DNA of 64,000 nt from Octopus sinensis (GCF_006345805.1 NC_043012.1:47306001-47370000); one strand, 5' to 3'; positions 26,191 through 40,764 are shown, numbered from the stretch's first letter. Translations and numbers: made by a program. The notes: generated from the letters alone by a model not told the origin.

Positions 26191-28674
26191 CATATATATA
26201 GTATATACAAATATATATTTATACAAACCGATGTCGAATTCTACCTAATTACATTTATACGTATAAAGATTATTGTTGAACACATCTCCACAGTGTAGAC
26301 ACACACACACACACACACATACTCACACACGCACGCACACACACAGACGCACATACAGACATAAACACACATATTCACACTACATATTGTGTGTGTTCAT
26401 ATCTGTTTGCATGTGTGCATATATGTATATGTTTCTGCTTTTCGGTATCGCTGTATGATTATGAGTGAATGTTTTATATTTGATAAAAAGAAGAAAATAG
26501 GTATGGCAACCACGTAAAATTTCCATCCGTTTTTTTTTTTTGTATATATTTACAATCCTTTGATCGCTTATAAAATCTATTTAAATATAGTGATTTATTT
26601 TCTGATTATCTGACGATAATTATATCATTATCCATGTAGATATTCAAATAGACACTTAATGCCTATATCTTAAATGCGACGCTTTAGAACTCCAGTTTGA
26701 TCAATCAATAGATATGTCAATTAGGATATCAATGGATTAACAGCAACTCCCCCACTGTTGTGATGTAACAACACCTGAAATATACAGCCTATAAAGGACA
26801 AATGTGTCATCGAAATATTTTACTATATGCCTACGCTTTTTTATTGTAGGTGAGATATGGGATTCTATATATTTTAGTACAGCACTAAACAGAAATAGGT
26901 AAAATATGCGTATATACAGCCTTGTGAAGATGAGACAATTGACCATTCATTGGATTACTGTTTTCGAGCACGAAGGTCATGATAGTAGGAAATGTAAATA
27001 TGTAAGGTCCTTGCCTCCTTTACAAACTATCCCATGATATATTTTTCACTCGAGATGTGTATTGAACACGCTACATTTTACTTATAAAAGTAATTTCTTT
27101 CACATCATACATCCAAAATTATGTTTACTTATCTCCTTATCACTAACCCTCACTCATTCATACTCTCTCTCTCTCTCACTCTCTCTCTCTCTCTCTCTCT
27201 CTCTTTCGCTCTCTGGACATATACACACATACACACATAAATACACACAAACACACAAGTCTGGGTTCGGCCCGAGGCTATAGTAGTAAATACTTTCCAA
27301 GGGTGCGATGCAGTCGGACCGAACCAGAACCACCCAGCTACGCCTGCGTGTATGATTTATATATTCAATTTCAGGAGCATAAACAGAACAGTCGGTAAAC
27401 AGAACAATCTGAAATTCATGGTCGAAAGACAAAGGCATTCTAACACCACCAACAACGCAGGCAGCACCATCACCAACATTACCATCTCCACCAACACCAA
27501 AAGCGTGTCACCACCACCACCAACAACAACAACAACAACGACGACACTAAAACAGTTCCACAATGACCACCATCAGAACCATCGGGACCGTAATCATGGG
27601 TATCGCAGTGTCTGTCTTTGTTTATGTTTAATCACGTCAGATTCCTCAGTTATTTATGTTGCGTACATTTTCCCATTAACATAGCGGGTCAATTAAGGAT
27701 GATCACATAAATAGGCAGCAGACTGTTATTTATAATTAGGCCAATACTGGTTTATTAAGAGTATCATGAGCATGCTCCGGCATGTCCGAAAATTAACAAA
27801 ACTACCCATATAGATGGAATAATAACATCCGTCCCTTACGTGCACCTACGTCATTGTGTCCACTTTGTTTCCGACCTTGAAGAAGATATCTACATTTGTC
27901 CCAGTGTCAAGATGTTATTTTAATGGATTCTTTAAAGATCTATAACTCGTTCTCCCTATGTTATGTGCATCTGTCGTTAGTACGTTCAATGAAACTAAAT
28001 GATCAAGCCTGGAAGTATATAGGATCCATGGCACAATGACACATTGTCAGCCTTCAAACATGATGTAGGATAGAGGTATCAAAAATTGCATCCATTCCTC
28101 TCACGTATACTAAAGAGAGATAAAATGTTATCTCAATGTAGGACACTGTATTGCAATAACATTGATCATTATTTAAGTTGTTTTTTGTTTTCTGAATTAT
28201 ATTACATAATGATTCACTGAGCCTGATTTGAACCTTTTCGGATATTTGAAGCGATAAACATAGCCAAAGCTATTGAAGGTATCATTTCTATGTGTAAGAG
28301 AGATAAAGATTTAACAAGGTTTGTCACATGGTATATATTTTCTCTAAACGCAACCTCACCGAAATAAAAATTGGCATTCGGAAATAACTGAAAAAATTGT
28401 TACTTCGGCAGGTCAATATTCGAGAAGACTTGAAAGCCACAAATACTGTCTGGGATTAAAAAACAGACATAGTAAAGTATATTTCATAGGTTGGACATCA
28501 TGTTACATATGGTGCTAGTTTGCACCGTTTACTCTATTAAGCAATATTAGTAGATCATTCGTGGACGCATTATAACAAACGTGATTTTAACTAAAATAGA
28601 CTCAACACTGTTGAGGAAAGAGAATCCGGTTATGCAATATTTTACATTATTTATCAATGTTCATTATTATTATT

Positions 28675-28910
28675 AAGTGAGAGAGTAGCGCATGTCATCA
28701 AAGTGACATGGGGTGCAAATATACGAAGCCAAGTATACCCATCATGACTACCTGTCTTATAAGAGAGGTAGTCATGCTTAACAAATGTATGTGCCTGACA
28801 TAGCGATTCCATATCAAGGTAAATGACGCGTGGTCTTGCAGGTAGGGCCCAGTTAGAAATTTCTTCAGGTCAGGTATCTCATCCCACCCAAAAGGTCTCT
28901 GGATAAAGGG
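28675..28910 (-). mobile_element. Partial diverged copy of the (TAA)n-associated repeat at 1953-2510
   Basis: agtgagagagtagcgcatgtcatcaaagtgacatggggtgcaaatatacgaagcc...cagttagaaatttcttcaggt aligns to 1954-2195. Preceded by TAT repeats. Confidence 0.8.
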
Positions 28911-29020
28911 TTTTTTAAAAATTATTTAACGATGCAGTTTTCTCATATGTCTCTAATATGTCTCTATTATTAATATTATTAGACAATTTAATTATGTGCC
29001 ATCTTCATTAAATTTCTTCA

Positions 29021-29232
29021 CAGGAAACTTTTCGCACAGTTTCCAATGGATCACGTCCGTTACTTGGTCATGTCGCCACACCTTGTAGTTGTTTGGGACA
29101 CGTCTAGGCCATTCTTTCGTGATATGAACAATGGTTTCATCCACCCTATTGCAAATGCGGCACAGCGGAGACATTTGTTCATTCTTAAGGTTGACTCTCC
29201 GTTTGAGGCCAACGCATGGTCTTGCGCTACCA
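29021..29232 (-). mobile_element. R4/Dong-clade LINE fragment (zinc knuckle/RHD region)
   Basis: VAQDHALA...MSPLCRICNRVDETIVHI...WRHDQVTDVIHWKLCEKF. The 5' end abuts (TAA)n. Confidence 0.8.
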
Positions 29233-29316
<84 letters not shown>

Positions 29317-29317
29317 T
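29233..29317. repeat. (TAT/TAA)n microsatellite between two Dong-like fragments
   Basis: Direct reading. Confidence 0.95.
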
Positions 29318-30230
29318 ATGGTTTCCTTTCATTTAACTCTATTTCAATTGCCTTGGTACCGGGAATCCCCCGGAGGCCTGGCGTAGCAAAAGCACTTTTG
29401 TTTTGCTATGCATGCTAATATTATCACCACATTTATTCCACTTTAGTTGGTTAGTGCTTTCCGTAGTATGTGGGCTGTACCTATCAAGGTTCTCTTTTGT
29501 AGTTCACGGAAATTGGAGTTACCAGGATGTTGCTTAATATACTTCCCCCGCTCCCTTCTTTATCATGCCCAATGCACCAATTACTACTGGTATTATAGCA
29601 GTACTAAGCTTCCATATATTTGTTGTTTCAAGTTACAGACATTTATAGTGAGAAAGCCTTCCACATTCATTTCTCGAGACGTTTTGGTCTTGTGGGACAG
29701 ACATATCTATTAATAGACAAGTTCCTCTGTTGTAGTTCTTGATCACAGTGTCTAGTCAATTGGAGTCAATTTTTCTGTCTGTATTGGGAAATTCCAAAGG
29801 ATGGTGACGCCCGCGCCATTTACTATATCCTCTAGATGGTACCTGTACAACTTATTATGAAATTTAATTTTTTAGTACTTACAAGCATTCCATTGGGTGT
29901 ACTGCTCTAGTATGTCCTGTCTTCAGCGAGGACTGGGCAGCTAGAAAAAACAATCAATTGTCTCTGTGAATATTCCACAAATTCTGCATTTGGAGTCACA
30001 TCCATCTTTAGGAACGTTTGCATGGTAGTTTCTGGCAGGAAGCACTGATCTTGCACTCCAATAAAATAAATCTTCTATTTTCCCTTTCAGACCTGTCCTT
30101 TGTAGCCATTTGTGTCTTAGAGTTTGATCAATGTCTGGCTTGTACAGGCGGTCACGGTATTTTCTATGCAGCCGTTTACCTTCCCAGGTGTCTTCGATAT
30201 TATTTATGCAAGCCTTCACTGCTTATTGTA
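29318..30230 (-). mobile_element. Decayed 3' part of an R4/Dong-clade LINE with a 3' UTR running into (TAA)n
   Basis: WEGKRLHRKY, WLQRTGLK, RNYHANV...CRICGIFTETID, then ILWNFP, CLLIDMS and PVVIGALG remnants. Confidence 0.82.
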
Positions 30231-30774
30231 TAACATTTGTATTGTATAACAGGGCAATATAATTTGAAAGTTGCTGAAATGGTATGTTTTATCATGCCAG
30301 TGTTCATGCTAAAAATATATACTATCTACGGAAGCAAATGTTAATAGCAAGAAAAGTACCAATTTGTGATTGACGAATGTTAGTATAACAGCCAGTGAAG
30401 TACATATCTCATTGACACTGTATAGTAAACACCCATCGATGTATTTTAAGACACTAATAATAGATAAATTCGTGGATAAACTTTATGTAGTTCGATACTG
30501 GATTGACATAATCATGACTGTAAATAATTACATGCTATATTTTTAGTAAATAGCTTGTATCTGATTTTTCGAAAACTTAATGTTCCTTACCGTACCATAA
30601 TTTACATTATATTAATTAGATAATTACGATGAAGATAACGTTTTCGTATAGTAATGAGCTATTCAGAATAAAAGATATGAACCATATTATTTTCGCGTAG
30701 AACGGGTCGTAAAGATTAGTTGGTTTTCTATGTGGTAGTGGCAATAAAGTTATTTTACCTAATGGATCCTGTCT

Positions 30775-30951
30775 TAAAGTTTTAGCGTTCAGATTACACT
30801 GACATAGCATTGAATTTATAAAGCATTATCTCGTAGTGTCTATTTTTAGAATGACTTTCTAATGCTGCTGTAACCGGACAAATCTGTCTGGTTCGAAGGT
30901 GAAACAGGTAAAATCATTTTCCAGATAAGGCCAGTTTAAATGCTAAAAGGT
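30775..30951. mobile_element. Short non-autonomous DNA transposon (MITE) with degenerate terminal inverted repeats
   Basis: Left end ttaaagttttagcgttcaga and right end tttaaatgctaaaagg are imperfect inverted repeats. TTAA at the left end suggests piggyBac type. Confidence 0.45.
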
Positions 30952-31141
30952 ACTCTACATCCTTCATAAAACTTTCGCTGGATTAATCATTGTCTCTCTA
31001 TTAATCAATATAGACTATATATCATCTTCAAATACAGCCAACGTCATTTTCCTAGTATAGCGCACGTACTTGTAGATATATGTTTACACACACACACACA
31101 CACACACGCACACACACACGCACACACACACACACGCACAT

Positions 31142-31174
<33 letters not shown>

Positions 31175-31269
31175 ATGTGCATATATTTATGTGTATATAT
31201 ATAAAAATATATATATATATATATGCATTTGTATACACCCTTATGTGTAAACAGGTGTGTGTGTGTATG

Positions 31270-31495
31270 TATTTATGTATGTTCCTATGTGAGTGTTTTT
31301 GTGTTAGACTCCCCCACATCTTGACAACCCGTGTTTATTTATGTCCCAGTAACCTAGTAACACGGCAACGTGAGGAAGAGAGAATAAGTAACGGGCTTTA
31401 ATAAAAGAAGTACTGGCTTTGGGTTCTTTTAGCAAACCCATCAAAAGTGTGCTCCATCATGGCCGTTGTTCATGACAGAAAAATTAATGATAAAA
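31270..31495 (+). mobile_element. SINE family A, diverged 3' half
   Basis: cttgacaacccgtgtttattta...agaataagta...gtgctccatcatggccg. Confidence 0.6.
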
Positions 31496-33169
31496 TTGAA
31501 TTAACCTAAGCTTTGATTGCTTTTTTTGTTATTGTCGTTAGTGATTTTTAAAAAAAGTAGTGTTAATATCTTCTTAAACCTGCAGCAAAATACATAGTTT
31601 CCAACCCGTTCTGATTATTGCATATGTGAGAGATTTAATGATAGTTAAATGTATTTTTATGAGGTAAGGCAAATTTCGGTTAAGCCACTTCGAAAATGAA
31701 AGAAAATTCAACTGTTGGATCCAAGGAGGCTGAAACAATTGCTGCTTTCCTTATTGTTAAGTACTTCCTTGACACCGATGCTTTGTAGTAATGAAAATAT
31801 TCTTCAAATTATTCTGTGTTTAGATTTTACCATTATTCAATAAAAAATAACTGTGATGCAAATTATACCATTTAGAAATTCGTCATGGTCGTATTTTCTA
31901 CTCCTTTGTACTCAGGTCGACTCAGTACGGGTTGACCTGTGATTAAACATAATTCGTAACACACCATTACCTCTCTTGACAACAAGCATGATAGAAAATT
32001 ATTATTTCACAATACTGGTGTGTATGCGAACGATTTTATTCGTGCTATATTCTGTAGTATGTCTAAAGCCACGACTTCAAATATATTACCGAATATATAC
32101 CTTAAGATCATTCGCCGCCCCTTCTCTTGAAATCGCTTATACGTTTATGGGAATGGGTTTCTAATTCAGTACATACTGGACCATGGAATATAAATGTATT
32201 CCACGAGGAATCAATATGAAATAGAATATTATGGATTATCTATTTTCTGAGAGTTCATTTCTGAAATGTACTAAATGCATTATAAACTCAGTCTTGTTTT
32301 TAAAAAAGTGTTTAAATATTCAGTCGGTGGGTGCCATATTACAGAGACTGGTAGCAATAGCAACGAAACCCGTGGAATATTGTATATATTTGTCATTACG
32401 GCTTTGGAGAAATGACTCAACGACGTCAATATAAAGCATGGTATATATAGTTATTTAAAAATCCGCCCCCACCCTTGTGTATAAGAACAGAGATATTTGT
32501 ACTTAGGAACATGTCATGTTAAGTAGATAATTTTGTATATTATGTTTGGATTCTTTTTCTGTATGTTTTAGAATATTTTCAAATTGTCTCACTACGTATT
32601 AGATTAAGCTATGAAACTGTACATATCATACGGATTATTCAGATCACTACTCTTTCTACAAATACTAGAATGTATAATCGCTGTGCATATGTCGCCGATA
32701 TTCTTATATATTGTAAACTATGAGCACATAGCATCATAGTTCTCTGTTTTCAAGCCATAATTAGTCTCTCCAGTTATACCAAAACAATTAATCACAGGTC
32801 TTATCTTTTAATATATCATACTATTAAAGAAACAGCGAATGATGCATCGCTAAAATATAATTAAATGTACAAGAATGAATGATAGGATAGTAAAAGCATG
32901 TAACATTGAAGCATACGTTAGCGACTTGCAGTGTTGTAAATTTCAAGATGCACACACGCATATTCCTGTGAATATGTGTTTGCATGACAATAGGTATGGA
33001 TGACCGAGTCTCTAACTCTGTAAATATCGGTTCCCATACATAATCATATGAATATAATAATATATTCAAACACTTCGTGGAATAAACTGATATTATTTCA
33101 TTCCTCGTTTCGGTTTCCATTATCTGTGTCTATAAACGTAGAAACTCATTTATATATGATAATTTATTC

Positions 33170-34061
33170 ACCTTTAATGCCAGTGTCATTTAGTAATTGA
33201 GTGAGGACATTCTGAAACACAAACTGGATACGCTTGTGTTTTAAACATGGTCCTTTCAAACTTATGAAATTCCGAGTGCAATCAAACTGCTCTGCCCCTT
33301 GAGCCAGTGCGTTCTGCGGTTGTCTGAAATTAATGTAAATGCTGGTTTCGTCCATGGCATCAGTTTTTGGGAGCTAGACTTGAAATGCCCTCTGCTTTGA
33401 AAACGTAGCCTGGAACTAGAGATATGCATACATGACCAATATTTTACAGCATTTCGATAAGAAGCAATCCATAGAATATGAATGGTTTTACACTTTTCCA
33501 AAGTAAAGACAAAAAACCCTGACCATCTTATTTTAAGCTACAATATATTAATTAATTTTACCCTTTGTTATTATTGATAATAGAATTTTCTCCCTGGTAA
33601 CAAACTACAGATTCTCTGTAGTATTTTACTTGACGTTCACGCGGATGGGCAGGGGAAGGCGATGAACCTCATTCGTATTTTGAATTCGGCGGTATTAACA
33701 CTGAATACGATCTGTCTGATACCGTTAGGTGGATAGATATGTTCAATTCTTCCAGTGCCTTCGAATTTAATATTTTTAATATCTAATATTGTTGGAGTTC
33801 CATGCTGGTGAAGGAAAATGGTTGGGTAAAGTATAATTCTATATTCCTTACACCGATCTAATTCCGAAACGCGTACATGGGTGTCCATATATAGATTGAT
33901 TTTTCGTTATTTTTCCTCTCTGCCTGCGTGGATTGTTTTCAAGTATTTTGGTTTTTGTGGGGGTTCTTTTTAAAGTAGAAGAAATAGCTAAGGTTTTTGG
34001 GCTGCTATTTCCAAACTTCGGTATGTGGTAAAGCAAATCTTTGCTGAACCCTAATTATAAA

Positions 34062-34105
<44 letters not shown>

Positions 34106-34560
34106 TTAAAAGGTTATTTGTTATGGCCGATCAATGAGTGACCAACCGTTTCGCACCTATAAAGCTTTGACGAGAGGTATATAGGCTTTCTACAAGTAGA
34201 GGGTGTGAAATGTTATGGTGAATTAAATCTGTAAGAAAGATTTGCGGAACGAATTCCTACTGGTGATATGGAGTTATCCCCCTTGGAACACAGTTACAGC
34301 TACATCTAAAATATATAGTCGATCGCTTTGTATTCCTCGGTAAGCTTGAATTTCAAACATGTCCCTGATCAGAAAGAGTACGGTACACCATACAGAATTA
34401 AACGGAGGCTCTTCCAAGAACTGGCACAGTACTTCAACAGGCGCAAACGATGTAAACAAAAACTCTTGATAAACTCGCTTCATGGCGGACCTTCTACTAA
34501 TAAGAAATGTTTAGTCGGTGCTGTCATCAAAGGAAATTTGTGCTAAAATTTTCTTGTTTC
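33170..34560 (-). mobile_element. Decayed Penelope-like element (RT plus possible GIY-YIG), interrupted by (TA)n at about 34063-34102
   Basis: VYQEFLFTSFAPVEVLCQFLEE resembles the PLE DVxSLFTNVP motif. Downstream KCKT and DETS..NFRQPQNA resemble the GIY-YIG region. Confidence 0.35.
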
Positions 34561-34920
34561 TTGCAACTGAAAGACACAAGATTGGAATATCAGCATTGCA
34601 ATAAGAATCTGAAGTCACTTTTCAAGGGGTCAATGAAAATTTGGTGTATAGTAACATAGTTGCGAGTGAGTAATACCTGCGTAGAAAAGGATATGTAAGA
34701 TTCCATTAGTGTAAATCTGTATAAGAGTAGAGGGTTGTCGCGTGTGATAGTAAATAACTGATTGGTGCACTAATGGAAGACAGAGGGGAGAGATCCTGAA
34801 TGAGTGTGTGTAGTGCATATCAAACTCGTAAAAAAGTGGAAGAGATTTATCTGAACACATTCAGATATTGAGCGATGAGGCGGGAAGCGAATGTATGATG
34901 TATGTGTGTTTGTGTGTGTT

Positions 34921-34997
<77 letters not shown>

Positions 34998-35060
34998 TAT
35001 ATATACATACATATGTATATATACATGCATATATAAATTTACATACATATATACATATGC

Positions 35061-35091
<31 letters not shown>

Positions 35092-35168
35092 CATACACAC
35101 ACACACACATATATATATATGTGTGTGTGTGTGTCTGTATATATGTGTGTGTATACATATATATATGC

Positions 35169-35207
<39 letters not shown>

Positions 35208-36639
35208 AATAAATATATACATATATATATATATACATATGCGTTGGGCCGAGACAATGACAATTGCCCGAGGTACCATGCAGTGCATAGTGGAACTGAA
35301 ACCGAAACCATACAGTTGGGAAACAAGTTGCTTGCCACACAGCCACTATGGTATGATAATATATATACATATATATATATATCGCTGCTTCGAAGATCAT
35401 AGAATTGTTCTACTGAATGAATAATGCCATTACGGAGACAAGGAAAATCATATAATACCAAAATATTCATAATATTCAAGTGTTCCGAATGCTTCCGTTA
35501 GCTGGTGCACTTCATATTATCTATAATCCGTAAGAATCTGAAAAAATAACGGAATATTCCATTTCATTATGGTAATTTTACAAACATCAAATATCTAGTC
35601 ATTTTCACTCTATACATGGATTTTGCATAATATGTATTGTGCCAGATAATGGATACGTGAATAATTTTACATTGTATATTTTTTCATCTCAATGCTGATA
35701 CTGTCAGTTCAATAGACAAGTTGTAAGATCTGAGCACCTGATATTTATTTCTTGAATAATTTCTCTGTGAATATATGCGAGTCGGTATTGAGCTCACCAC
35801 CTCTCTACATCGCTTCATTCTCCTTCCCTCTCTTACAACGTATGTATGTATACGTATTTACATATATACATCCATATATATTTATATATCATATATATAC
35901 ATACACATACACCCATATCGAAAAGAAATACATACACACACACGATGCACGCGTATATATATTTATAATTCTTCGTGTTTTTGTATATGTCTATGTGTGT
36001 ATGTGGATGTGTTTCTGCGTGCGCATGCGGGTTTGCGGATGCGTGCGCACGTGTATGTTTATAGGAAACAGCTTATATTTCAAAGATGTTGAAGAAATCA
36101 CAGTTTGCGTTGTTCCTAAATCCATTAATATTTCTATAAAACTTCCGTGGTTCGATGACTTAATCTTGACGATGGCCACATACGATGGATCAGATGGAAT
36201 TACTGGGGATTTTGAAAGTAATTCTTTCTGTAAATTTAAGATTCTATAAAAGCTTGTGTTATAAGCTGAGTCTTCACTACACTATTTCTACATTTAATCA
36301 TAATAATAAGGTACAACTCCACATAGTTCATTGATATATCTGTAAAATACCAACAAATACATATGCGTGTACTATTAGGTGACTGCCCTCTTAACAAATA
36401 AACGAACTTGACTGAATTATGTTTTGTTATAATCCTTATAATTCAATCAACAGAAAAATTATCGTTTGACAGGAATCATGCGAATTAAACAGTTAATAAT
36501 ATTTAATCGAAGCATTTAGTAGACCAAACTTTAAAACAAGTTAGCAACTAATTACTAAATGAAATAGAGAATCTCAGAAGCCACACATATTTTGTCCCTA
36601 ACGAATTCAAAGCCGACAAGTAGTCCTTTCTACAGAAGT

Positions 36640-36858
36640 TAAAATGCCTGAAACCCTTTAGTGAGGTGACTAAGGGATTACATCGCCTCCATTGTTTCGC
36701 AGGTATTTATTTTACCCCACCCCATCACGAAAGCATGAAAGGTAAAGTCGAGCCCGAAAGGATGAAAGGCAAAGCCGACCTCGACGGAAATTGAACTTGG
36801 CAAAATGCTTAGCGGTATTTTGCCGGGCGCGCTAACGATTCTGCTCGCTCGCCGCCTT
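36640..36858 (-). mobile_element. SINE family C copy
   Basis: Minus strand aaggcggcgagcgagcagaatcgttagcgcgcccggcaaaataccgct...agttcaatttccgtcgaggtcggctttgcctttcatcctttcggg, with an internal rearrangement. Confidence 0.75.
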
Positions 36859-36867
36859 ATAAATAAA

Positions 36868-37170
36868 CTGACACCTACGATGACGAGGTTTTCATTTGAT
36901 CCGATCAATGGAACAGCCTACTCGTGAAATTAACGTGCAAGCAGATACATGACCCCTGAAAAGTAGTTGTCAGGGAGATTCAGCCTGACACACACTGTGA
37001 CAAGAGTGGACATTTGAAAATTTAGGTACGTCTTATTTTTGCCCGCTGAGTGGATTGGAGGAATGGGAAATATAGTGTGTTTGCACAAGGACACAACGCG
37101 ATGCTGGAAATAGATCTCGTACCGTTAAGATCGTGAAACGAATAGCCTTACCACCAAGTCACGCGCCTTC
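36868..37170 (-). mobile_element. tRNA-derived SINE (family B-type head, long central domain, gatcggatcaa tail)
   Basis: Minus strand gaaggcgcgtgacttggtggtaagg...cttgtcacagtgtgtgtcaggctgaatctccctgacaactac...gcacgttaatttcacgagtaggctgttccattgatcggatcaa. Resembles cephalopod Ceph-type SINEs from memory. Confidence 0.7.
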
Positions 37171-37649
37171 GTTAATATAATAAATAAATGAATGCTTAAG
37201 GAACTCACGCAACTCAGCTCTTCAGTCACAACACTAAAGTGTAATAAATGACAGTAAATATGATTTACTAAGTTATAAATATTGACAACACTCCTGAAAG
37301 TGGAAACCACCAACAGGTACTGTCACAATACAATTTAGAATACATACATCATATTACAAGGCATAGCAGACCGTTTCAATGCAGAGTACACCAACAGACC
37401 AAAGGAACTAGACACAGATCCATTACTTGATGAAAACTATCGTATTTTATAGAATTCCACACGACAAGTTATATTAATAGCAAATTAGAGAGAAATTTTC
37501 TACACAGATATACATCAAAATATGAACCCTTCCTGTATACCATGAAAACGGGTCAATGCTGTTTACATTATAATATTATTATTGATTTTCCACACAAGGA
37601 ATGGAAATGTTAATATGCTTCGCTGCTTCTGCAGAACATTCTAATATAT

Positions 37650-37943
37650 ATCACGGTATCACGATTTCGACCAGACTATCGGGTGTTGTCATCTACACAT
37701 ATCGCTGGTCCCAATACGCTTCGCATCGTTGTAGCTTTCGAATGATACCGTCCCGCTCACCAGGTGAGCAGACCTACATTCCCCTGATCGGAAATTCAAT
37801 CCCTGGCAAGATCACCCATTTGCAGGTGAGGGAACAAGAGTGAAGTAAGATGAAGAGATTTGATCAGGAATACAAAGCGCACGATCGAAAGCGATGTTAC
37901 GATGATGAGTGCAAAACCACTCACCACTATATCACGCGCCTCC
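37650..37943 (-). mobile_element. tRNA-derived SINE (family B-type head) with the same tail as 56200-56330
   Basis: Head ggaggcgcgtgatatagtgg; tail tcattcgaaagctacaacgatgcgaagcgtattgggaccagcgat...ctggtcgaaatcgtgata. Confidence 0.7.
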
Positions 37944-38037
37944 AGAGAAAGGCTCAAATTTTGCATCATGTTAGATAGATAGATCGATAGATAGATAGAC
38001 AAATAGGTAGATAAATAGATAGATAAATAGATAGATA

Positions 38038-38731
38038 AGTTTCTTTATTGGCCACACAGGGCTGCACACAGATGGGACAAGTTACAAGGTAGAGCTTTTC
38101 TTTTGGGGGATGAAAAAAACAAAAAAACAAAAGAAAAAAAAGGGGTGGCGTAGGTTTTCCATCAAGAGGGATCGTAAAAGGGAAAAAAGAACAAAAAAAA
38201 AAATAATAAAAAATAAAAAGAATAAAAAGAAAAAAAGAAAAGGAAAAGGAACAAAAGAAAAGAGAAATGAAAAAAGAAGAAAAAAGGGGAAAAAAGGGGA
38301 AGAGGAAAAAAAGAAAGATCAATAGGGATCGTGTATCACAGTGTTATGATATATGGTGTAAAGGGGAAAGCAAGTAAGGTTTATCCGTGGGAAGAAAAGC
38401 CTACGAAAAAGACCACGGTAACCTTGGTCAATATTGTTATATGTTACCACATTTGTTTGCAAGTGGGTAACCTTCTGTTTTCAATTTCTGGGTTCATAGG
38501 ATAATGCTCAAGGTGGCTTCGTCATTCATACGTGCCATCCTTGCTACATTCACCCATCATTTTTTAAAACATTCGCTAGACAAAACTTGCCTCTCTACTC
38601 TCACTTTCCTTTTCAAGTGGTACTTGAAGAAGTTGATGAGAGATAGACCAGAGAGGAAAGTGTTTGTCTCCAAGCCTTTCAGACCCGTCCACCAGATACA
38701 TTCTTTCGCCATAGCCACAAGGATGATGAAA
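38038..38731 (-). mobile_element. 5'-truncated L1/Tx1-like LINE 3' end (ORF2 C-terminus 38731-38494 plus T-rich 3' UTR with AATAAA)
   Basis: FIILVAMAKECIWWTGLKGLETNTFLSGLSLINFFKYHLKRKVRVERQVLSSECFKK*WVNVARM resembles Tx1-group ORF2 ends (AKxxIW...F...W). Ends ccaataaagaaact. Flanked by (GATA)n on both sides. Confidence 0.65.
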
Positions 38732-39096
<365 letters not shown>

Positions 39097-39631
39097 CAGG
39101 TTGGCAGGCAGGTGAGTATGTAGATAGGTAGGCATGTAGTATATGGACTCATAATTACAGAGAGATAGGTAGAAGGTATAAATACCTAGAAAGTATTTAT
39201 GTATAGACATGTATAGGAAGTTAGAAACATTCCGCAAAGAAAACTAAAATATTGTGAGACAACGGGAGTTTAGTAAAATATTACCACCTGAATTCAAAGA
39301 ATGAAGCACATGGCTTGAAAGAGTCAAAATTTAAAAAAAACGACTCAGTTAGAAGAATATGTAGAATGAAAATAAATACAAATGAATAAAACTAAGGAGA
39401 AAATAGTGTTTCGGACGTTTCCCTTTAACGGCAAGAGGTAATAGGAAAGGAAAGAGTGCTGAATGGAATATATGACCAGACAAGTGCGAACTATATATCA
39501 TGCGTGTTCGGATTCTGTATTTACCCCTGAATATTTGCAAGGGTAAACACAGAGACAGACAGACACAAACACACACACACACGCACACGCACACACATAT
39601 ATACCTACATACACACACGAACACACACATG

Positions 39632-40062
39632 AGTGATGCCGTGGGTGTGTGGTGAGCTTCTTTCCTGATCACAGGGATCCAGGCTAAGTCCCACTGCGTA
39701 TACACTTGGACATGTACTATCTACTATAGCCATCGGACAACAAATACCTCATGAAGGGATTTGGTAGACCAAAACAGACAGAAATCCATGTGTGTCTGTG
39801 TGTCTCTGTGTGTGTGTGTGCACGTGTGTGTGCTCGCGCACGCTTTTGTGTTTGTCTTTGTTCTACATTACCGCTTGGTAACCGCTGTCGCTTTCTTTAT
39901 GTTTTTGCAACTTACTGGTTCGGCAAAAGAAACCGATAGAATAAGTACTAAGCTTAAAATAAATAAGTACTGGTGTTCGGATCGTTCAGCTAAGACTCTT
40001 GGCGGCGATGCCTCGCACTGGCCGTAGTCGAATCACTGAAACAGTTAAATGATAAAACATAA
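39632..40062 (+). mobile_element. SINE family A, diverged full-length copy
   Basis: gtgggtgtgtggtgagc...gtcccactgcgt...ggatttggtagacc...(TG)n...gttcggcaaaagaaaccgatagaataagtact...ctgaaacagt. Confidence 0.75.
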
Positions 40063-40764
40063 AGGATACATATGTACACAGACAAACACACACACTCACT
40101 GACATATATATACTTGAAAATATACCTACGTACATTTATATACACACGCAGGCACACGACAGACTCCCACACACACATAGACATATATACATATATATAT
40201 GTACGTGTGTGTGTATTTACCTACAAGGTGAGCAAAAGGTGTACATACGCTGCTATATGTATATGTAAATCCAAAAAATAAAATAAGAACGTAACAGACG
40301 ACAATAAAAACCAAGATGGCTCATTCATGCTTTCTGTTCATCAGCCATGTTCCTAATTATCATTAAAGTTTCGGCCTGTTACACTTGAGGTTTTTCAAAA
40401 TTGATATGCGCTAAAAATCTTAGCTAAGAGCATAACAATTTTGGAAGAAAGCAAGCGAATGTGTACGAAAAGACGGATTAAAAAAAAGAGAAAGCGGAGA
40501 AAAATGTGACGCGATTACAAATACGAACAACACGAGAATAACAACAGATGTCTTTCGCCTAAGAAGGGGAAATTAAGTTGTGCTGGGGCGTGGATTGAAA
40601 GCCTTGCCGCACAACATAGATGAAAGTCAGAAGACAGGAAAATAAAGTTTTGTACGGCGGCTGTCGGGCCAAGAAAGAAAGATCATGCTTGGTCGAACAC
40701 CAGTCCCGTCGAAGGAACAGAGAGAGGTAGGGAGTAGAGGGAGTGAAGAATTAGGGAAGGAACT

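Noticed and set aside
38110-38325. Lys-rich 71-aa ORF
   Set aside because: Antisense reading of the T-rich 3' UTR of the Tx1-like element.
40355-40410. Hammerhead-like layout on the minus strand (ttgaaaa...acct...aggccgaaacttta)
   Set aside because: Core and helices too degenerate to call; the same applies to ccgtggaagg...ccgaaacttcg at 55408-55437.
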